A DNA stretch of 64,000 bases, taken from the NCBI GenBank assembly GCA_049903315.1, contig JBNGBT010000005.1, positions 160,001-224,000 on the forward strand. The letters run 5' to 3'. The notes under the pieces are model-generated. The model saw only the letters and a program-made list of their open reading frames with translations, searched no databases and was not told the DNA's origin. Of this stretch, positions 14,870 to 25,373 are shown piece after piece (position 1 is the stretch's first letter; every line of letters begins with the position of its first letter). The DNA comes from Candidatus Cloacimonadota bacterium (GTDB lineage Bacteria > Cloacimonadota > Cloacimonadia > JGIOTU-2). A program made the translations under genes and the position numbers.

Positions 14870-15050
14870 GATTACGCACAGAATTCCAACAAAGCGCTAA
14901 GATCGCAGAGAAAAAGATTTCAAAAAGCTTTCATCCTGAAGTTTGTGTTTAAATAAGTATGGATGAGACAAACCTCATGTACAAATAATTTTTCATAAAT
15001 ATCTCAGCACGCTCTGTGAGAGTATCTCTGTGCACTTCGTGTGATATTTC
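14870..15050. repeat. Miniature element with imperfect inverted arms around an AT-rich core, copy 1
   Basis: Left arm ...cgcacagaattcc...atcgcagagaaaa and right arm aatatctcagcacgctctgtgagagtatctctgtgcacttcgtgtgatatt. Same layout as 22091-22271. Confidence 0.6.
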
Positions 15051-15298
15051 ACGACCTTAGTTTTAAGCAGTTGAGTAGAATAAACCGAACTATTTAAAGA
15101 TTTCACAAATAAAATAAAAATATTTATTATCAGAAACCTTGACGATATTAATATGGGAATTCCTTATGCACCTTAATAAAAGTAACTTAGTAAATAAGTT
15201 ATATAAGTTCAAAGTATATAAGATTGAAAGTAGAATTTTTTATGTCTATTCTTCATGATTAGTATGAGAACAAGAAAAAAAACAGGAGAATAGAAAGC

Positions 15299-15577
15299 AT
15301 GCAAGGTAAAAAACTCTATGTGGGAAATCTTGATTATTCAGTCACAAAAGACGATCTCTCTGAAATGTTTGCAGAGTTCGGCGAAGTGGTTGAAGTGATT
15401 ATCATCGACGGAAAAGGTTTTGGATTTGTTGAAATGTCAGAACCTGCTGAAGCTGAAAAAGCAATTGCTGACTTAGATGGAAAAGACCTTAAGGGTCGCG
15501 CCATGAAAGTCAACGAAGCACGTCCGAAAAGAGACAATTCCAGAGATAATCGACGCGACTTTAGACGTTCTTACTAA
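15299..15577 (+). CDS. RRM-domain RNA-binding protein
   Basis: RNP2 LYVGNL, RNP1 KGFGFVEM, VNEARP. RBS aggag upstream. Confidence 0.95.
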   Translation: MQGKKLYVGNLDYSVTKDDLSEMFAEFGEVVEVIIIDGKGFGFVEMSEPAEAEKAIADLDGKDLKGRAMKVNEARPKRDNSRDNRRDFRRSY

Positions 15578-15604
15578 AGAATCAAGTATTGTCACTTAAT
15601 ATTT

Positions 15605-15638
15605 GGCATGATCATTAATTTGATCATGCCTTTTTTTT
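15605..15638 (+). terminator. Intrinsic terminator after the RRM gene
   Basis: Perfect 10-bp stem ggcatgatca/tgatcatgcc followed by T8. Confidence 0.88.
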
Positions 15639-15796
15639 AATATTTTTACACGAATTTTCTTATATATTGAAAGTGGAGCATCTTTTCATAAAAGCTCATT
15701 AGTTTACCATCCATTTCAACATTTTCTTGACAGTTAAATATCTAATCATTCACACAATACTGTTGATAAAAGAATAAGAAAACTTAAAAGTTCTGA

Positions 15797-16708
15797 ATGT
15801 ATGGAAAGAAAACTGATGAAAGCACAAGTAAGATGAACCATTCGAGCAAAGTGAACACAAAATATCACCAAATCGAGCTGGTCAGCTTTGGGGATTGTAT
15901 TCCGAACGGCAACTTTACGATCCATTCAAGATTTCGAAGAACTATAAATTTACATAACAACTCACTGCTGATCTCAGTTGTGAATGAAGATATCGGCAAA
16001 GGACCTCTTAAAATAATTGTGAGAGGATTGGATTTTCAAAATATTCATTCTCTTTCAGTCTATAACAATGTTCTAATGATTAATAACTTTGTCCTTGTTG
16101 TGCACAACAATTTGAAATATTGCTCAAAACTATCTCTCCAAAAAGGAGATAAAGCAGTCTTTTCAAAAAAACTGGAATTATTGCACACCACTTTGCTTGA
16201 ATTGTGTAATGAAAAGAGTCTATGCTTTCTCCTTGATGAGAAGAGGGTAAGTAACTTCATATCAAGTTTTGAAAAGGAATTCGTGAAGAGAATGAAGTTA
16301 GGTTTAAACTTGATCCTAAAAGGAACAATGAACAGTTTGAGTGAAGGAATTATGCAGCTCAAAGGATGCGGATTCGGACTTACTCCGAGCGGAGATGATT
16401 TTATAGCCGGTTTACTGTCCGGTCTCTATCTAAAGCAGGAAATATTTGGTAAGGATTTCTCAGAAACCAGGAAGATAATCTACGAAACTTCATTGGGTGA
16501 AAACCTGATATCAAATTCGTATCTCACACTTGCACAAAAAGGATTGTTTACAGAAAATTTTAAAAATTTCATACATGCTCTTGTTCATGAAGGAAAAGAA
16601 AAACTCAATATATATATCCGAAGAATGTTAAATATAGGTGAAACCTCCGGCGCAGATACACTAGTCGGTTTTTGTTTTGCATTTGAGAAAGCAGGTGAAC
16701 TTTGGTAA
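15797..16708 (+). CDS. DUF2877 / YlbF (AllH)-family protein
   Basis: GxGxGLTPSGDDFxxG motif and C-terminal IGETSGAD. Adjacent to FdrA- and YlbE-like genes. Start may be the ATG at 15833. Confidence 0.8.
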   Translation: MYGKKTDESTSKMNHSSKVNTKYHQIELVSFGDCIPNGNFTIHSRFRRTINLHNNSLLISVVNEDIGKGPLKIIVRGLDFQNIHSLSVYNNVLMINNFVLVVHNNLKYCSKLSLQKGDKAVFSKKLELLHTTLLELCNEKSLCFLLDEKRVSNFISSFEKEFVKRMKLGLNLILKGTMNSLSEGIMQLKGCGFGLTPSGDDFIAGLLSGLYLKQEIFGKDFSETRKIIYETSLGENLISNSYLTLAQKGLFTENFKNFIHALVHEGKEKLNIYIRRMLNIGETSGADTLVGFCFAFEKAGELW

Positions 16709-18291
16709 TTAAAGGAAAAATCAAAAAGGGAGAATATTTCGATTCTGTCACGCTGATGATCGTTGCGCAAAAGATAAACAAGTTAGAAGGAATTACGGAT
16801 GCAGCAGTGGTCATGAATACTGCAGAGAACAGGTCGATACTGGAATCTTCGGGACTGCTTATTCCTGAATTTGATGATGCGAAGGCTTCCGACCTTTTGA
16901 TATGCGTCAACGCAGAAAGTGGTGGTATTGCAGAAAAGGCCATGCTGCAAGTCGATGAAATACTCAGAAATGTGCGGCATGAGATCAGTGATACTGAGGA
17001 TTTTCTTCCAAAGAGCTTGGAAACTGCCCTCAGAACTTTACCTGAAGCAAATCTTGTACTCATATCTGTTGCAGGTAAATATGCAGCACAGGAAGCAATG
17101 AAAGCGCTTAAACAAGGGCTTCATGTAATGATATTTTCGGACAATGTCTCTATCGAAGATGAAATCAGATTAAAAGAATATGCACAAGAAAATAACCTTC
17201 TTGTTATGGGTCCGGATTGTGGAACTGCGATCATTAACGGTATTCCTCTTGCGTTTGCCAATGTGGTAAATAGAGGTAATATCGGGATCGTTGCAGCTTC
17301 AGGGACCGGCTTGCAGGAGATCAGCTCGATCATCTCAAACACTGGGGCGGGAATTTCTCAAGCTATTGGAACGGGCGGCAGAGATGTGAAGAAAGAGGTC
17401 GGTGGAATCATGTTCCTTACAGCTCTCGATACATTAATTCATGACAAAAATACTGAAGTTATCGTGCTTGTTTCCAAACCTCCAGCAAAAGAAGTCCTCG
17501 CAAAGATATTAAAAAATGTAGAAAATATTCATAAGCCCGTGATTGCGATATTTTTAGGTGCTAATGAGAAATTATTCGAAGGTTCAAAAGCAATTACAGC
17601 GAAAACTCTCGAAGAAGCTGCATTGATCGCTGTGATGTTAGCACAAAAAAAAGAGAAAGATTCATTTCAAGAAATATTTGAGAAAAGAAGAAAAGGGATT
17701 CAGGAAATTGCAAAAAAAGAAGCGAAAACTAAAACTATTACTCAGAAATATCTTCGCGGACTCTTCTGTGGCGGCACTCTTTGTGAGGAAGCGCAGCTCA
17801 TTCTTCATGATTTGATTGGAGATATATACAGCAATAGTACATCAGAAAAAAAATACATTCTGAATGATCCCTGGCAAAGCAAAAAGAATGTGCTCATCGA
17901 TATGGGTGCAGATGAATTTACAGTTGGCAGACCGCATCCTATGATTGATTATTCTCTGCGGAACAGAAGAATTCTAAAAGAAGCAGAAGACCCGGAAGTC
18001 GCAGTCATACTCCTTGATGTCGTGCTTGGTTTCGGATCGAATATGAATCCTGCAGAAGAGTTGGTGCCAGTAATCAAGCAAGCTGAAAAAATAGCCCGGA
18101 AAGCTGGAAGACAACTTACTTTTGTGTGTTCTATTACCGGAACTGAACTCGATCCTCAAAACAAAAAGGAAGTCGAGAGGAAATTGAAAAGTGCCGGAGT
18201 GTTTGTCATGGAATCGAATGCTGCTGCTTCTGAATTCGCTGGTTTGATCATAAAGGATCTTTCGAATAAATTTCAGGATAAGGAGAGTTAA
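16702..18291 (+). CDS. fdrA: FdrA (AllF)-family succinyl-CoA-synthetase-like protein
   Basis: YFDSVTLM, FSDNV, MGPDCGTAII, GIVAASGTGLQE, GTGGRD, GLFCGGTLCEE, GRPHPMID. Confidence 0.9.
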   Translation: MVIKGKIKKGEYFDSVTLMIVAQKINKLEGITDAAVVMNTAENRSILESSGLLIPEFDDAKASDLLICVNAESGGIAEKAMLQVDEILRNVRHEISDTEDFLPKSLETALRTLPEANLVLISVAGKYAAQEAMKALKQGLHVMIFSDNVSIEDEIRLKEYAQENNLLVMGPDCGTAIINGIPLAFANVVNRGNIGIVAASGTGLQEISSIISNTGAGISQAIGTGGRDVKKEVGGIMFLTALDTLIHDKNTEVIVLVSKPPAKEVLAKILKNVENIHKPVIAIFLGANEKLFEGSKAITAKTLEEAALIAVMLAQKKEKDSFQEIFEKRRKGIQEIAKKEAKTKTITQKYLRGLFCGGTLCEEAQLILHDLIGDIYSNSTSEKKYILNDPWQSKKNVLIDMGADEFTVGRPHPMIDYSLRNRRILKEAEDPEVAVILLDVVLGFGSNMNPAEELVPVIKQAEKIARKAGRQLTFVCSITGTELDPQNKKEVERKLKSAGVFVMESNAAASEFAGLIIKDLSNKFQDKES

Positions 18292-18292
18292 G

Positions 18293-19699
18293 ATGGCAAA
18301 AAAAGATCTTTTTAATAAAGACCTGAAAGTAATAAATATAGGACTTTCATCGTTCAAGGATTCTATTAAGGAATCTGATGCAGAGGTAGTTCAAGTTGAT
18401 TGGAAACCACCAGCAGAAATGGATGAAAAGATACTTCAAATACTCTTGAAAAATGAAGCCCATATTCAAATACAGAATAAAAAATGCCTCGAAACGATCC
18501 TGAATGGTGCACCATTTCTAATTAATCTTGATAGAGCGATAGATGTAATACCTGGAATGAAGAAAAATATGATCCTGCATGCAGGACCTCCAATCACCTG
18601 GGATAGGATGTGCGGACCAATGCGTGGTGCGATTATTGGAGCACTTATTTATGAAGGTATGGCAAAAAGTCCGGAAGAAGCAGAGAAATTAGCAGTTTCA
18701 GAAAAAATTGAATATTCTCCATGCCATGAACATAGCACAGTTGGACCGATGGCAGGAATCGTATCAGCATCTATGCCTGTTTTCGTTCTCAAGAATGAAA
18801 CCTATGGCAATCATGCTTATTGCACAATGAATGAAGGGCTTGGAAAAGTCTTACGTTACGGCGCTTTCAGCAATGAAGTCATTGAGAAACTGAAATGGAT
18901 GGAAGAAGTTCTATATCCGGCTTTAAAAAATGGAGTGAGTGAATTAGGCAAGATAGATCTGAAGAATATTATTGCTCAGGCACTTCACATGGGAGATGAA
19001 GTTCATAACAGGAATAGAGCTGCAACTTCATTATTGTATCGAACTATCGCTCCGGCTGTAATAAAAACAAACGACAACGATGTAGCAATCAAAGTGTTGG
19101 AATTTATTAATGGTAATGATCACTTTTTTTTGAACCTCTCTATGCCTGCGTGTAAAGTTACACTGGATGCTGCCAGAAATATAAAAGGAAGCAGTGTGGT
19201 TGTCGCGATGACGCGTAACGGAACGGATTTCGGTTTGCAGCTTTCGGGCACAGGAGATAAATGGTTTGTAGGACAAGCACCAGTACCTGATGCTCTTTTC
19301 TTTCCGGGATATACAAAGGATGATGCGAATCGGGATATTGGAGATAGCTCTATAACCGAAACAAACGGGCTTGGCGGATTTGCAATCGCAGCTTCACCAG
19401 CGATTGTTCAATTCATTGGGGGGGCAGCTCAGGATGCCTTGAATTATACACGGGAAATGTACGAAATCACCGCAGGTGAGAATAATATATATCAAATTCC
19501 ATCATTGAATTTTCGCGGTACTCCAACCGGGATTGATGTGATAAAAGTAAATGAGAAAAGGATCTTACCCTTTATCGACACAGGTGTCGCCCATAAAAAT
19601 GCAGGAGTCGGACAGGTCGGCGCAGGTGTTCTGAGTGCGCCAATGGAACCGTTCATTAAAGCGCTGCAAGGATTTGTCAAATCAATAGAAAAGAAATAA
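18293..19699 (+). CDS. DUF1116 / YlbE (AllG)-family protein
   Basis: LHAGPPITW, PCHEH, VGPMAG, NEGLGKVLRYGA, MGDEVHNRN, NDHFFLN, DIGDS. Confidence 0.87.
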   Translation: MAKKDLFNKDLKVINIGLSSFKDSIKESDAEVVQVDWKPPAEMDEKILQILLKNEAHIQIQNKKCLETILNGAPFLINLDRAIDVIPGMKKNMILHAGPPITWDRMCGPMRGAIIGALIYEGMAKSPEEAEKLAVSEKIEYSPCHEHSTVGPMAGIVSASMPVFVLKNETYGNHAYCTMNEGLGKVLRYGAFSNEVIEKLKWMEEVLYPALKNGVSELGKIDLKNIIAQALHMGDEVHNRNRAATSLLYRTIAPAVIKTNDNDVAIKVLEFINGNDHFFLNLSMPACKVTLDAARNIKGSSVVVAMTRNGTDFGLQLSGTGDKWFVGQAPVPDALFFPGYTKDDANRDIGDSSITETNGLGGFAIAASPAIVQFIGGAAQDALNYTREMYEITAGENNIYQIPSLNFRGTPTGIDVIKVNEKRILPFIDTGVAHKNAGVGQVGAGVLSAPMEPFIKALQGFVKSIEKK

Positions 19700-19728
19700 A
19701 ACATAGATAAATATTATAAGGAGTTATC

Positions 19729-20547
19729 ATGAACAATAACGAATTTCTGGAATTTATGGATAAGGTACGCGTCTATGACCTGACGCAGCCTTTGAGCATT
19801 CATACTCCACCTTGGCCCAGTTATATGCCATTGCAAATCCAATATTTCAAACGGCTTGCCGGAGCTCATATGGGGCAGGGAGCGAACGGACAGATCATCA
19901 AAACAAGCAACCATGTAGGAACGCATATCGATGGACAGATCCACTTCTTTGGAAGCGGAAAAACAATCGGGCAAGTTCCAATTCGGGATTGGATCGGACA
20001 GGGAGTGGTAGTCGATATCTCAGATGAAGTCGAAGATTATTCTCTCTATTCTCCTGACATGCTGATGAGTAAAGCTGAGATCAAGAAGGGTGATATCCTC
20101 ATAATTAATACAGGCTATCACCGCTATAGTTGGGATCAGCCGGAATCAGATGAAGTGCGCTATTTTGTAAAGCATCCAGGTCCCGATCCTGAATTCCATA
20201 AATGGGCTCTCGAGATGAAGTTCAAATGGATCGGTGTGGATTGTGGAAGCGCGGACCATCCCATGAATACAATCATCAGAGATTGGCATCCAAAAAAATT
20301 CATCGAAGCAGATACAAAGCTGCAAGAAAAATACAATAAAACCTGGGACGAAATGTTCCCACTTGATATATACTACCAAGTTATGCATCTGAATCTTTTC
20401 CCCAAGGGATTGCTCCATGCGGAAAATCTTGGTGGAGAAATTAACAAGGTGAATAATAAGCGTGTCTGGATTGGACTGTTCCCTTTACGTGGAATTGAAA
20501 TGGAATCCTCAATGTGCCGTATTGTCGCGCTTGAACCTCCTAAATAG
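19729..20547 (+). CDS. Cyclase-family (kynurenine formamidase-like) metallohydrolase
   Basis: HxGTHxD motif (NHVGTHIDG), INTG, HPG, GVDCGSADH, ENL. Confidence 0.88.
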   Translation: MNNNEFLEFMDKVRVYDLTQPLSIHTPPWPSYMPLQIQYFKRLAGAHMGQGANGQIIKTSNHVGTHIDGQIHFFGSGKTIGQVPIRDWIGQGVVVDISDEVEDYSLYSPDMLMSKAEIKKGDILIINTGYHRYSWDQPESDEVRYFVKHPGPDPEFHKWALEMKFKWIGVDCGSADHPMNTIIRDWHPKKFIEADTKLQEKYNKTWDEMFPLDIYYQVMHLNLFPKGLLHAENLGGEINKVNNKRVWIGLFPLRGIEMESSMCRIVALEPPK

Positions 20548-20558
20548 GAATGCATCTC

Positions 20559-20620
20559 AACCACGAAAAACGCCCGCTGTCGTTACACTTTGGCGCGGCA
20601 GGCGAAAGGCACAAAAAATA
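20559..20620 (+). repeat. Nested short repeat: aaccacgaaa...cacaaaaa host carrying a ~30-nt cc...ggcagg insert
   Basis: Aligns with 34341-34402 and with the reverse complement of 50928-50988. Confidence 0.65.
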
Positions 20621-20770
20621 GAAAATATATGATGAATTGTTTTTATCCATGGATTGCATCAAATCATCAGAGTATTTACACTGAAATTTGAATTTTGCCA
20701 TTATTTTTGTCATAAGAAATTAGGATTTAGAAATTATTGCGCTTTGAAAAATTTAAAGCGAAAGGATTAT

Positions 20771-21643
20771 ATGTCTATACTTCATGATTTCGAATATTTT
20801 AAACCAGCTGATTTAAAGACAGCAGTCGAGTTCCTTGATCAGTTCGGAAACAGAGCTAAAATCCTTGCAGGTGGTACCGATCTTGTCGTACAGATGAAAG
20901 AGAATATCCATGCTCCTGACGCGGTGATAGATATCAAAGGGCTTGCGGAACTCCATGAAATATTATTTGAAGATAATACGCTCTTCATTGGTGCGTGTGT
21001 GACCTTTTCCGAATTGATCGAATCGGAGATCATAAAACAGTTTTTTCCTTTGATGAAGGAGATGTCCCTGACAGTTGCTTCTGTTACTATTCGCAATAGA
21101 GCCACAATAGTTGGAAACATATGCTCTGCGATTCCTTCTGCAGATTCAGCTCCGATCCTGCTTGTTTATGATGCTGACGTAATTTTAAAAAGTGTATCAG
21201 GAGAAAGGATTATCCCAATCCGAGATTGGTTTACAGGTCCCAAAAAGACAATTTTGCGATCTGATGAACTTGTGACCGGTATTGCAATTCCACTCCCACA
21301 AAAGAAAAATGCAGGATGTTATGAAAAACTCGGAAGATATTCCGGTGAGGATCTTGCACAAGCAGGAGTGAGTATTCTGGTATTTGAAGACCTTCAATAC
21401 AAGGTCGCATTTTGTGCCGTAGGACCAGTTCCGAAAAGGGCGAATCATGTGGAAAAATTTCTTAATGGAAAAAAAATCTCTGATGATATTATCGAAGAAG
21501 CCAAGCAGCTTCTCAAGAAAGAAATATCTTCGATCTCAGATATCAGAGCAACTGAAGAATATCGCACGCATATGATGAGCGTGATGTTTGAAAGAGGATT
21601 GAAAAAAGTAATTGCTCAACTGCAGGGAGGTGGAGATGTCTAA
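20771..21643 (+). CDS. Xanthine-dehydrogenase-family FAD-binding (medium) subunit
   Basis: ILAGGTDL, IRNRATIVGN, ISDIRATEEYR. Start moved to the ATG at 20771. Confidence 0.92.
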   Translation: MSILHDFEYFKPADLKTAVEFLDQFGNRAKILAGGTDLVVQMKENIHAPDAVIDIKGLAELHEILFEDNTLFIGACVTFSELIESEIIKQFFPLMKEMSLTVASVTIRNRATIVGNICSAIPSADSAPILLVYDADVILKSVSGERIIPIRDWFTGPKKTILRSDELVTGIAIPLPQKKNAGCYEKLGRYSGEDLAQAGVSILVFEDLQYKVAFCAVGPVPKRANHVEKFLNGKKISDDIIEEAKQLLKKEISSISDIRATEEYRTHMMSVMFERGLKKVIAQLQGGGDV

Positions 21644-22091
21644 GATTCAGTTTATTCTCAATCATGAAAAAAGAGTTGTCGATGTCGCACCTCATGAAAC
21701 GCTCCTTGAAGTGCTTCGTGAAAAGCTTGGTGTGAAAAGTCCCAAGTGTGGTTGTGACAAGGGTGATTGCGGTGCATGTAATGTGCTTTTAAACGGGAAA
21801 AGTGTGCGCAGTTGCTTGATCCTCGCTATCGAGGTTGATGGACAGGAAGTGGTCTCAGTCGAAGGTATTTCAAAAGATGGCTTGAGTAAAGTTCAGAAAG
21901 CAATGATAGACAAGAATGCATTCCAGTGCGGATTCTGTGCACCTGGTGTGATCATTTCTGCGACAGAGCTTCTCAATGCAAATGAACATCCAAGCAGGGC
22001 AGAGATACAAGAAGCACTTTCAGGAAATCTATGCCGTTGTACAGGATATTTGCCGATCCTTGAAGCAGTTGAAAATGCAACGAAAGAGTAG
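21636..22091 (+). CDS. Xanthine-dehydrogenase-family [2Fe-2S] (small) subunit
   Basis: GCDKGDCGAC, QCGFCAPG, GNLCRCTGY. Confidence 0.95.
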   Translation: MSKIQFILNHEKRVVDVAPHETLLEVLREKLGVKSPKCGCDKGDCGACNVLLNGKSVRSCLILAIEVDGQEVVSVEGISKDGLSKVQKAMIDKNAFQCGFCAPGVIISATELLNANEHPSRAEIQEALSGNLCRCTGYLPILEAVENATKE

Positions 22092-22271
22092 AATTGCACG
22101 CAGAGAACGCCAAGAACCGCGGAGACCGCAGAGAAAAGAATAAAAATAATTAGATTTATTGAATTTTCAAATTCGATAAATAATGAAGATAGACTTTTTT
22201 ATAAATATGAAATATTACAAAATATCTCAGCGTCCTTTGCGTTTTTCTCTGCGAGCTTTGCGTGAGATATT
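22091..22271. repeat. Miniature element with imperfect inverted arms, copy 2, inside the XDH-family operon
   Basis: cacgcagagaacgccaagaaccgcggagaccgcagagaaaa, then an AT core, then aatatctcagcgtcctttgcg...ctctgcgagctttgcgtgagatatt. Confidence 0.65.
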
Positions 22272-22283
22272 AGGAGTTTTTAT

Positions 22284-24641
22284 ATGGATGATTTAAAATA
22301 TGTTGGAAAACCTATTGTTAGGATAGATGGGAAAGATAAAGTAAGCGGTGCAACTCTTTATACAGATGATCTTGAGTACGGACAGAATATGCTCTACGCT
22401 GCACTTGTGGAAAGCACAGAAGCTCATGCGCTTATCAAGAAAATAGATACTTCCGAAGCTGAAAAATATCCACGAGTGATCGCAGTATTCACCGGCCAAG
22501 ATTTTCCCTATAAATTTGGACTCTACATGAAGGACAGATATATTTTTGCAATGGATCGGGTACGCTTTGTAGGAGAGCAAATCGCAGCAGTGGTTTCCCG
22601 AGATAAAAGAATTGCCGAACGAGCAGCAAAACTGGTAAAAGTAGAATATGAGTCATTACCAGCAATACTTGATCAGATGGAATCATTAAAAAAGGATGCT
22701 ACACTCATCCATCCTGATCTTGGAGAATACGTACATGTTCCGTGGTTTTTTCCTCAAGCAAAAACAAATATTGCTCACTGGCGTAAAACGAGACGTGGTG
22801 ATGTTGAAAAAGGTTTCGCAGAAGCAGATTATATCCTCGAAGATACATATCGTGTTCCAAGATATGCGCATTGTCCGATCGAAACGCATGCGGCGGTCGG
22901 TTTGTGTGATCTCTCAGGCAGGTTGACTGTCTGGGCATCATCGCAGTCCCCGCATACGCAAAGAAATCTCTTTGCTGAAGCACTTGCTCCATTAGGTTTT
23001 ACCCATAAAGACATACGTGTGATTGCTCCTCCAATCGGTGGGGGATTTGGCGGAAAAGCAGGTGTCTCAATGGAGATACTTGCAGCAGCAATGGCAACAA
23101 AACTGCGTGGAAATCCCGTGCAGGTCATCTGGTCGCGTGAAAGGGAATTTTATAATACCTCACAACGACTTGGAGTGATCGCAAAACTCAAAATCGGTGT
23201 AAAAAATGATGGCACATTTACTGCAATAGATCACAGACTGTATTGGGATGCAGGTGCATCAGCAGAATATGGCGCAAATGTCGTGAATGCGATCGGACTT
23301 TCAGCAACCGGACCCTATCGCTTCCCAAATATCTTAATTGATTCAGTGTGCTTGTACACGAACCTTCCTCCATGCGGTGCATATCGTGGATTTGGCTATT
23401 CTGAGTTCATGTTCGGACTGGAATCCCATGTGGACAGAATTGCAGCACATCTCAAACTCGATCCTGTCGCACTCAGGAGAAAAAATGCTATTAAAGAAGG
23501 TGATATTCTTGCATATGGTGTTCCCATGAATCCCAGCGGATTACATCAAGCGATAGATGCAGTTGCTAAAGAGATCGAGTGGGGAAAGAAAGAAGAAACC
23601 AAAGATCCTCATAAAGCGATTGGAAAGGGTTTCTCGCTTATATGGAAAGCACCTGCAATGCCTCCCAATGCTTCATCAGCAGCTTTTGTAAAATTCAGTG
23701 AAGACGGAAGTTTGAATATTCTTGTTTCAGGTATGGATATGGGACAGGGATTTCTTACGGTCATGGCTCAAATTGCTGCAGAAATTCTTACTGTTCCTGT
23801 CTCCAAGATACGAACGGAAAATCCCGATACTGACAGAAATCCGTATGAATGGCAGACCGTTGCTTCACACGTTACATGGTCATGCGGAAACGCAGTGCGG
23901 AATGCAGCGATTAATGCACGAGATCAGATATTTGAGGTGATTGAAAGGGCATGTGTGCTTCCCAAAAATGAATTATATCTTGAAGATGAAAAAGTAAAGT
24001 GCAGAACAAAACCTGATTTTGCGCTCCCGCTCAAAGATTTTGTAATAAACGGCATTCAAGCTGAAGACGGGACTTTCAGAGGAGGTCCTATTCTCGGAAA
24101 AGGTATTTTCATGCCTGAGTTCACTTCTGCGTACAGTGATCCCGAAACAAGTCAGGGCGGTCATCCAAATGTGCATTATACAGTCGGTGCAGCAGCAATA
24201 ATCCTGGAAGTGGATAAAGATACAGGTAAGATGCACATCAAAAAAGCAGTGGAAGCGATCGATGCAGGTAAAGCGATAAATCCCGATCTGGTGAAAGGTC
24301 AAATTACAGGCGGATTGCTTCAGGGACTTTCCACGGTGCTCTATGAAGATATGAGATATGATGACAAAGGAAAATTACTCAATCCGAATTTTACTGATTA
24401 TAAAATTCCAACTGCAAAAGATATTCCTGACGAAATAGTGCCGATCATTATCGAAGTTCCTCAACCGGATGGACCTTTTGGTGCGCGTGGTGTGGGTGAG
24501 CATACGATGATCCCGGCAGCTCCAATGGTGGCAAATGCAGTGCAGGATGCCCTCGGTATCAGGATAAAAACCATGCCGATCACTGCGGAAAAAGTTGCAC
24601 TCGCTGTACTCAAAAATAAAAATAAGAAAAATCAGAAATAA
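22284..24641 (+). CDS. Xanthine-dehydrogenase-family molybdopterin-binding (large) subunit
   Basis: IGGGFGGK, AYRGFG, DMGQG, GQITGG and catalytic RGVGE. Confidence 0.95.
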   Translation: MDDLKYVGKPIVRIDGKDKVSGATLYTDDLEYGQNMLYAALVESTEAHALIKKIDTSEAEKYPRVIAVFTGQDFPYKFGLYMKDRYIFAMDRVRFVGEQIAAVVSRDKRIAERAAKLVKVEYESLPAILDQMESLKKDATLIHPDLGEYVHVPWFFPQAKTNIAHWRKTRRGDVEKGFAEADYILEDTYRVPRYAHCPIETHAAVGLCDLSGRLTVWASSQSPHTQRNLFAEALAPLGFTHKDIRVIAPPIGGGFGGKAGVSMEILAAAMATKLRGNPVQVIWSREREFYNTSQRLGVIAKLKIGVKNDGTFTAIDHRLYWDAGASAEYGANVVNAIGLSATGPYRFPNILIDSVCLYTNLPPCGAYRGFGYSEFMFGLESHVDRIAAHLKLDPVALRRKNAIKEGDILAYGVPMNPSGLHQAIDAVAKEIEWGKKEETKDPHKAIGKGFSLIWKAPAMPPNASSAAFVKFSEDGSLNILVSGMDMGQGFLTVMAQIAAEILTVPVSKIRTENPDTDRNPYEWQTVASHVTWSCGNAVRNAAINARDQIFEVIERACVLPKNELYLEDEKVKCRTKPDFALPLKDFVINGIQAEDGTFRGGPILGKGIFMPEFTSAYSDPETSQGGHPNVHYTVGAAAIILEVDKDTGKMHIKKAVEAIDAGKAINPDLVKGQITGGLLQGLSTVLYEDMRYDDKGKLLNPNFTDYKIPTAKDIPDEIVPIIIEVPQPDGPFGARGVGEHTMIPAAPMVANAVQDALGIRIKTMPITAEKVALAVLKNKNKKNQK

Positions 24642-24677
24642 ATATTCATTATAAATAATAAATACGGAGGATACAAG

Positions 24678-25373
24678 ATGGATGTAGAATTGGAAAAAAT
24701 GTTGCGACCTGTGGAGATTGATATGCCGGAATATCCGGCAAAAGTAATTACTTTGGCAACAGGCGGACAGATGGTTGTCCGTCCGGCAACACGAAGGGAT
24801 GTGCCAACGATCTTGAAGGCAGTTAAATCTACAATAAAGATCGAGCGAGATTTCTATGATGTGGTCGGCTCACGTGTGTATGCCGAGCTCCTTGCCTGGT
24901 ATAAATATCGCTACAGAAATTGCTATGTGCTTATCGGACAGATCAATAATATTCTTGTGGGTATGGTGAATGGACGCATGCTCACAGACAAGATCGGCAT
25001 CAGTCTGCATACACTGGCAATTGAGCGTGGGCTACGCATCGGCGCTCATCTTTTTGCGGCAAAAATGGAACATCATATTGAATTTCTTAACCAGGACGAG
25101 GTATGGATCACTGCGGAATCTCCTATCGGTTTTAGGCGTTGGATGATAGAGTATGATCTGATAAAACAGCCGGGTGTACAGCACGAGCTTGGCGGTGCGG
25201 ATTCTTTTATGCTGACAAGAGACCTGTATTTCAAGAGTAAGGATCGGCTTGTCGCAGGAACCCGACCCTGTCCGGAAGATCTTCTTGAAAAAGCAAAGAG
25301 CAAGATCATTATTGCTGATGATGAATCAATTGTCACACAGATCTGTGGTGCGAAAGGAGCGTGGTCAAAATGA
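24678..25373 (+). CDS. Conserved hypothetical protein, probably GNAT-fold
   Basis: VVRPATRRDV strand/helix and an acyl-CoA-loop-like segment (ERGLRIGAHL). Strong RBS ggagg. Coupled to the thiolase gene. Confidence 0.55.
   Translation: MDVELEKMLRPVEIDMPEYPAKVITLATGGQMVVRPATRRDVPTILKAVKSTIKIERDFYDVVGSRVYAELLAWYKYRYRNCYVLIGQINNILVGMVNGRMLTDKIGISLHTLAIERGLRIGAHLFAAKMEHHIEFLNQDEVWITAESPIGFRRWMIEYDLIKQPGVQHELGGADSFMLTRDLYFKSKDRLVAGTRPCPEDLLEKAKSKIIIADDESIVTQICGAKGAWSK

Noticed and set aside
20654..20770. N-terminal extension of the FAD subunit, or a GxxExxY remnant
   Set aside because: Family similarity begins at the ATG at 20771 (RBS aagga), and I could not read a GxxExxY motif in the upstream sequence.
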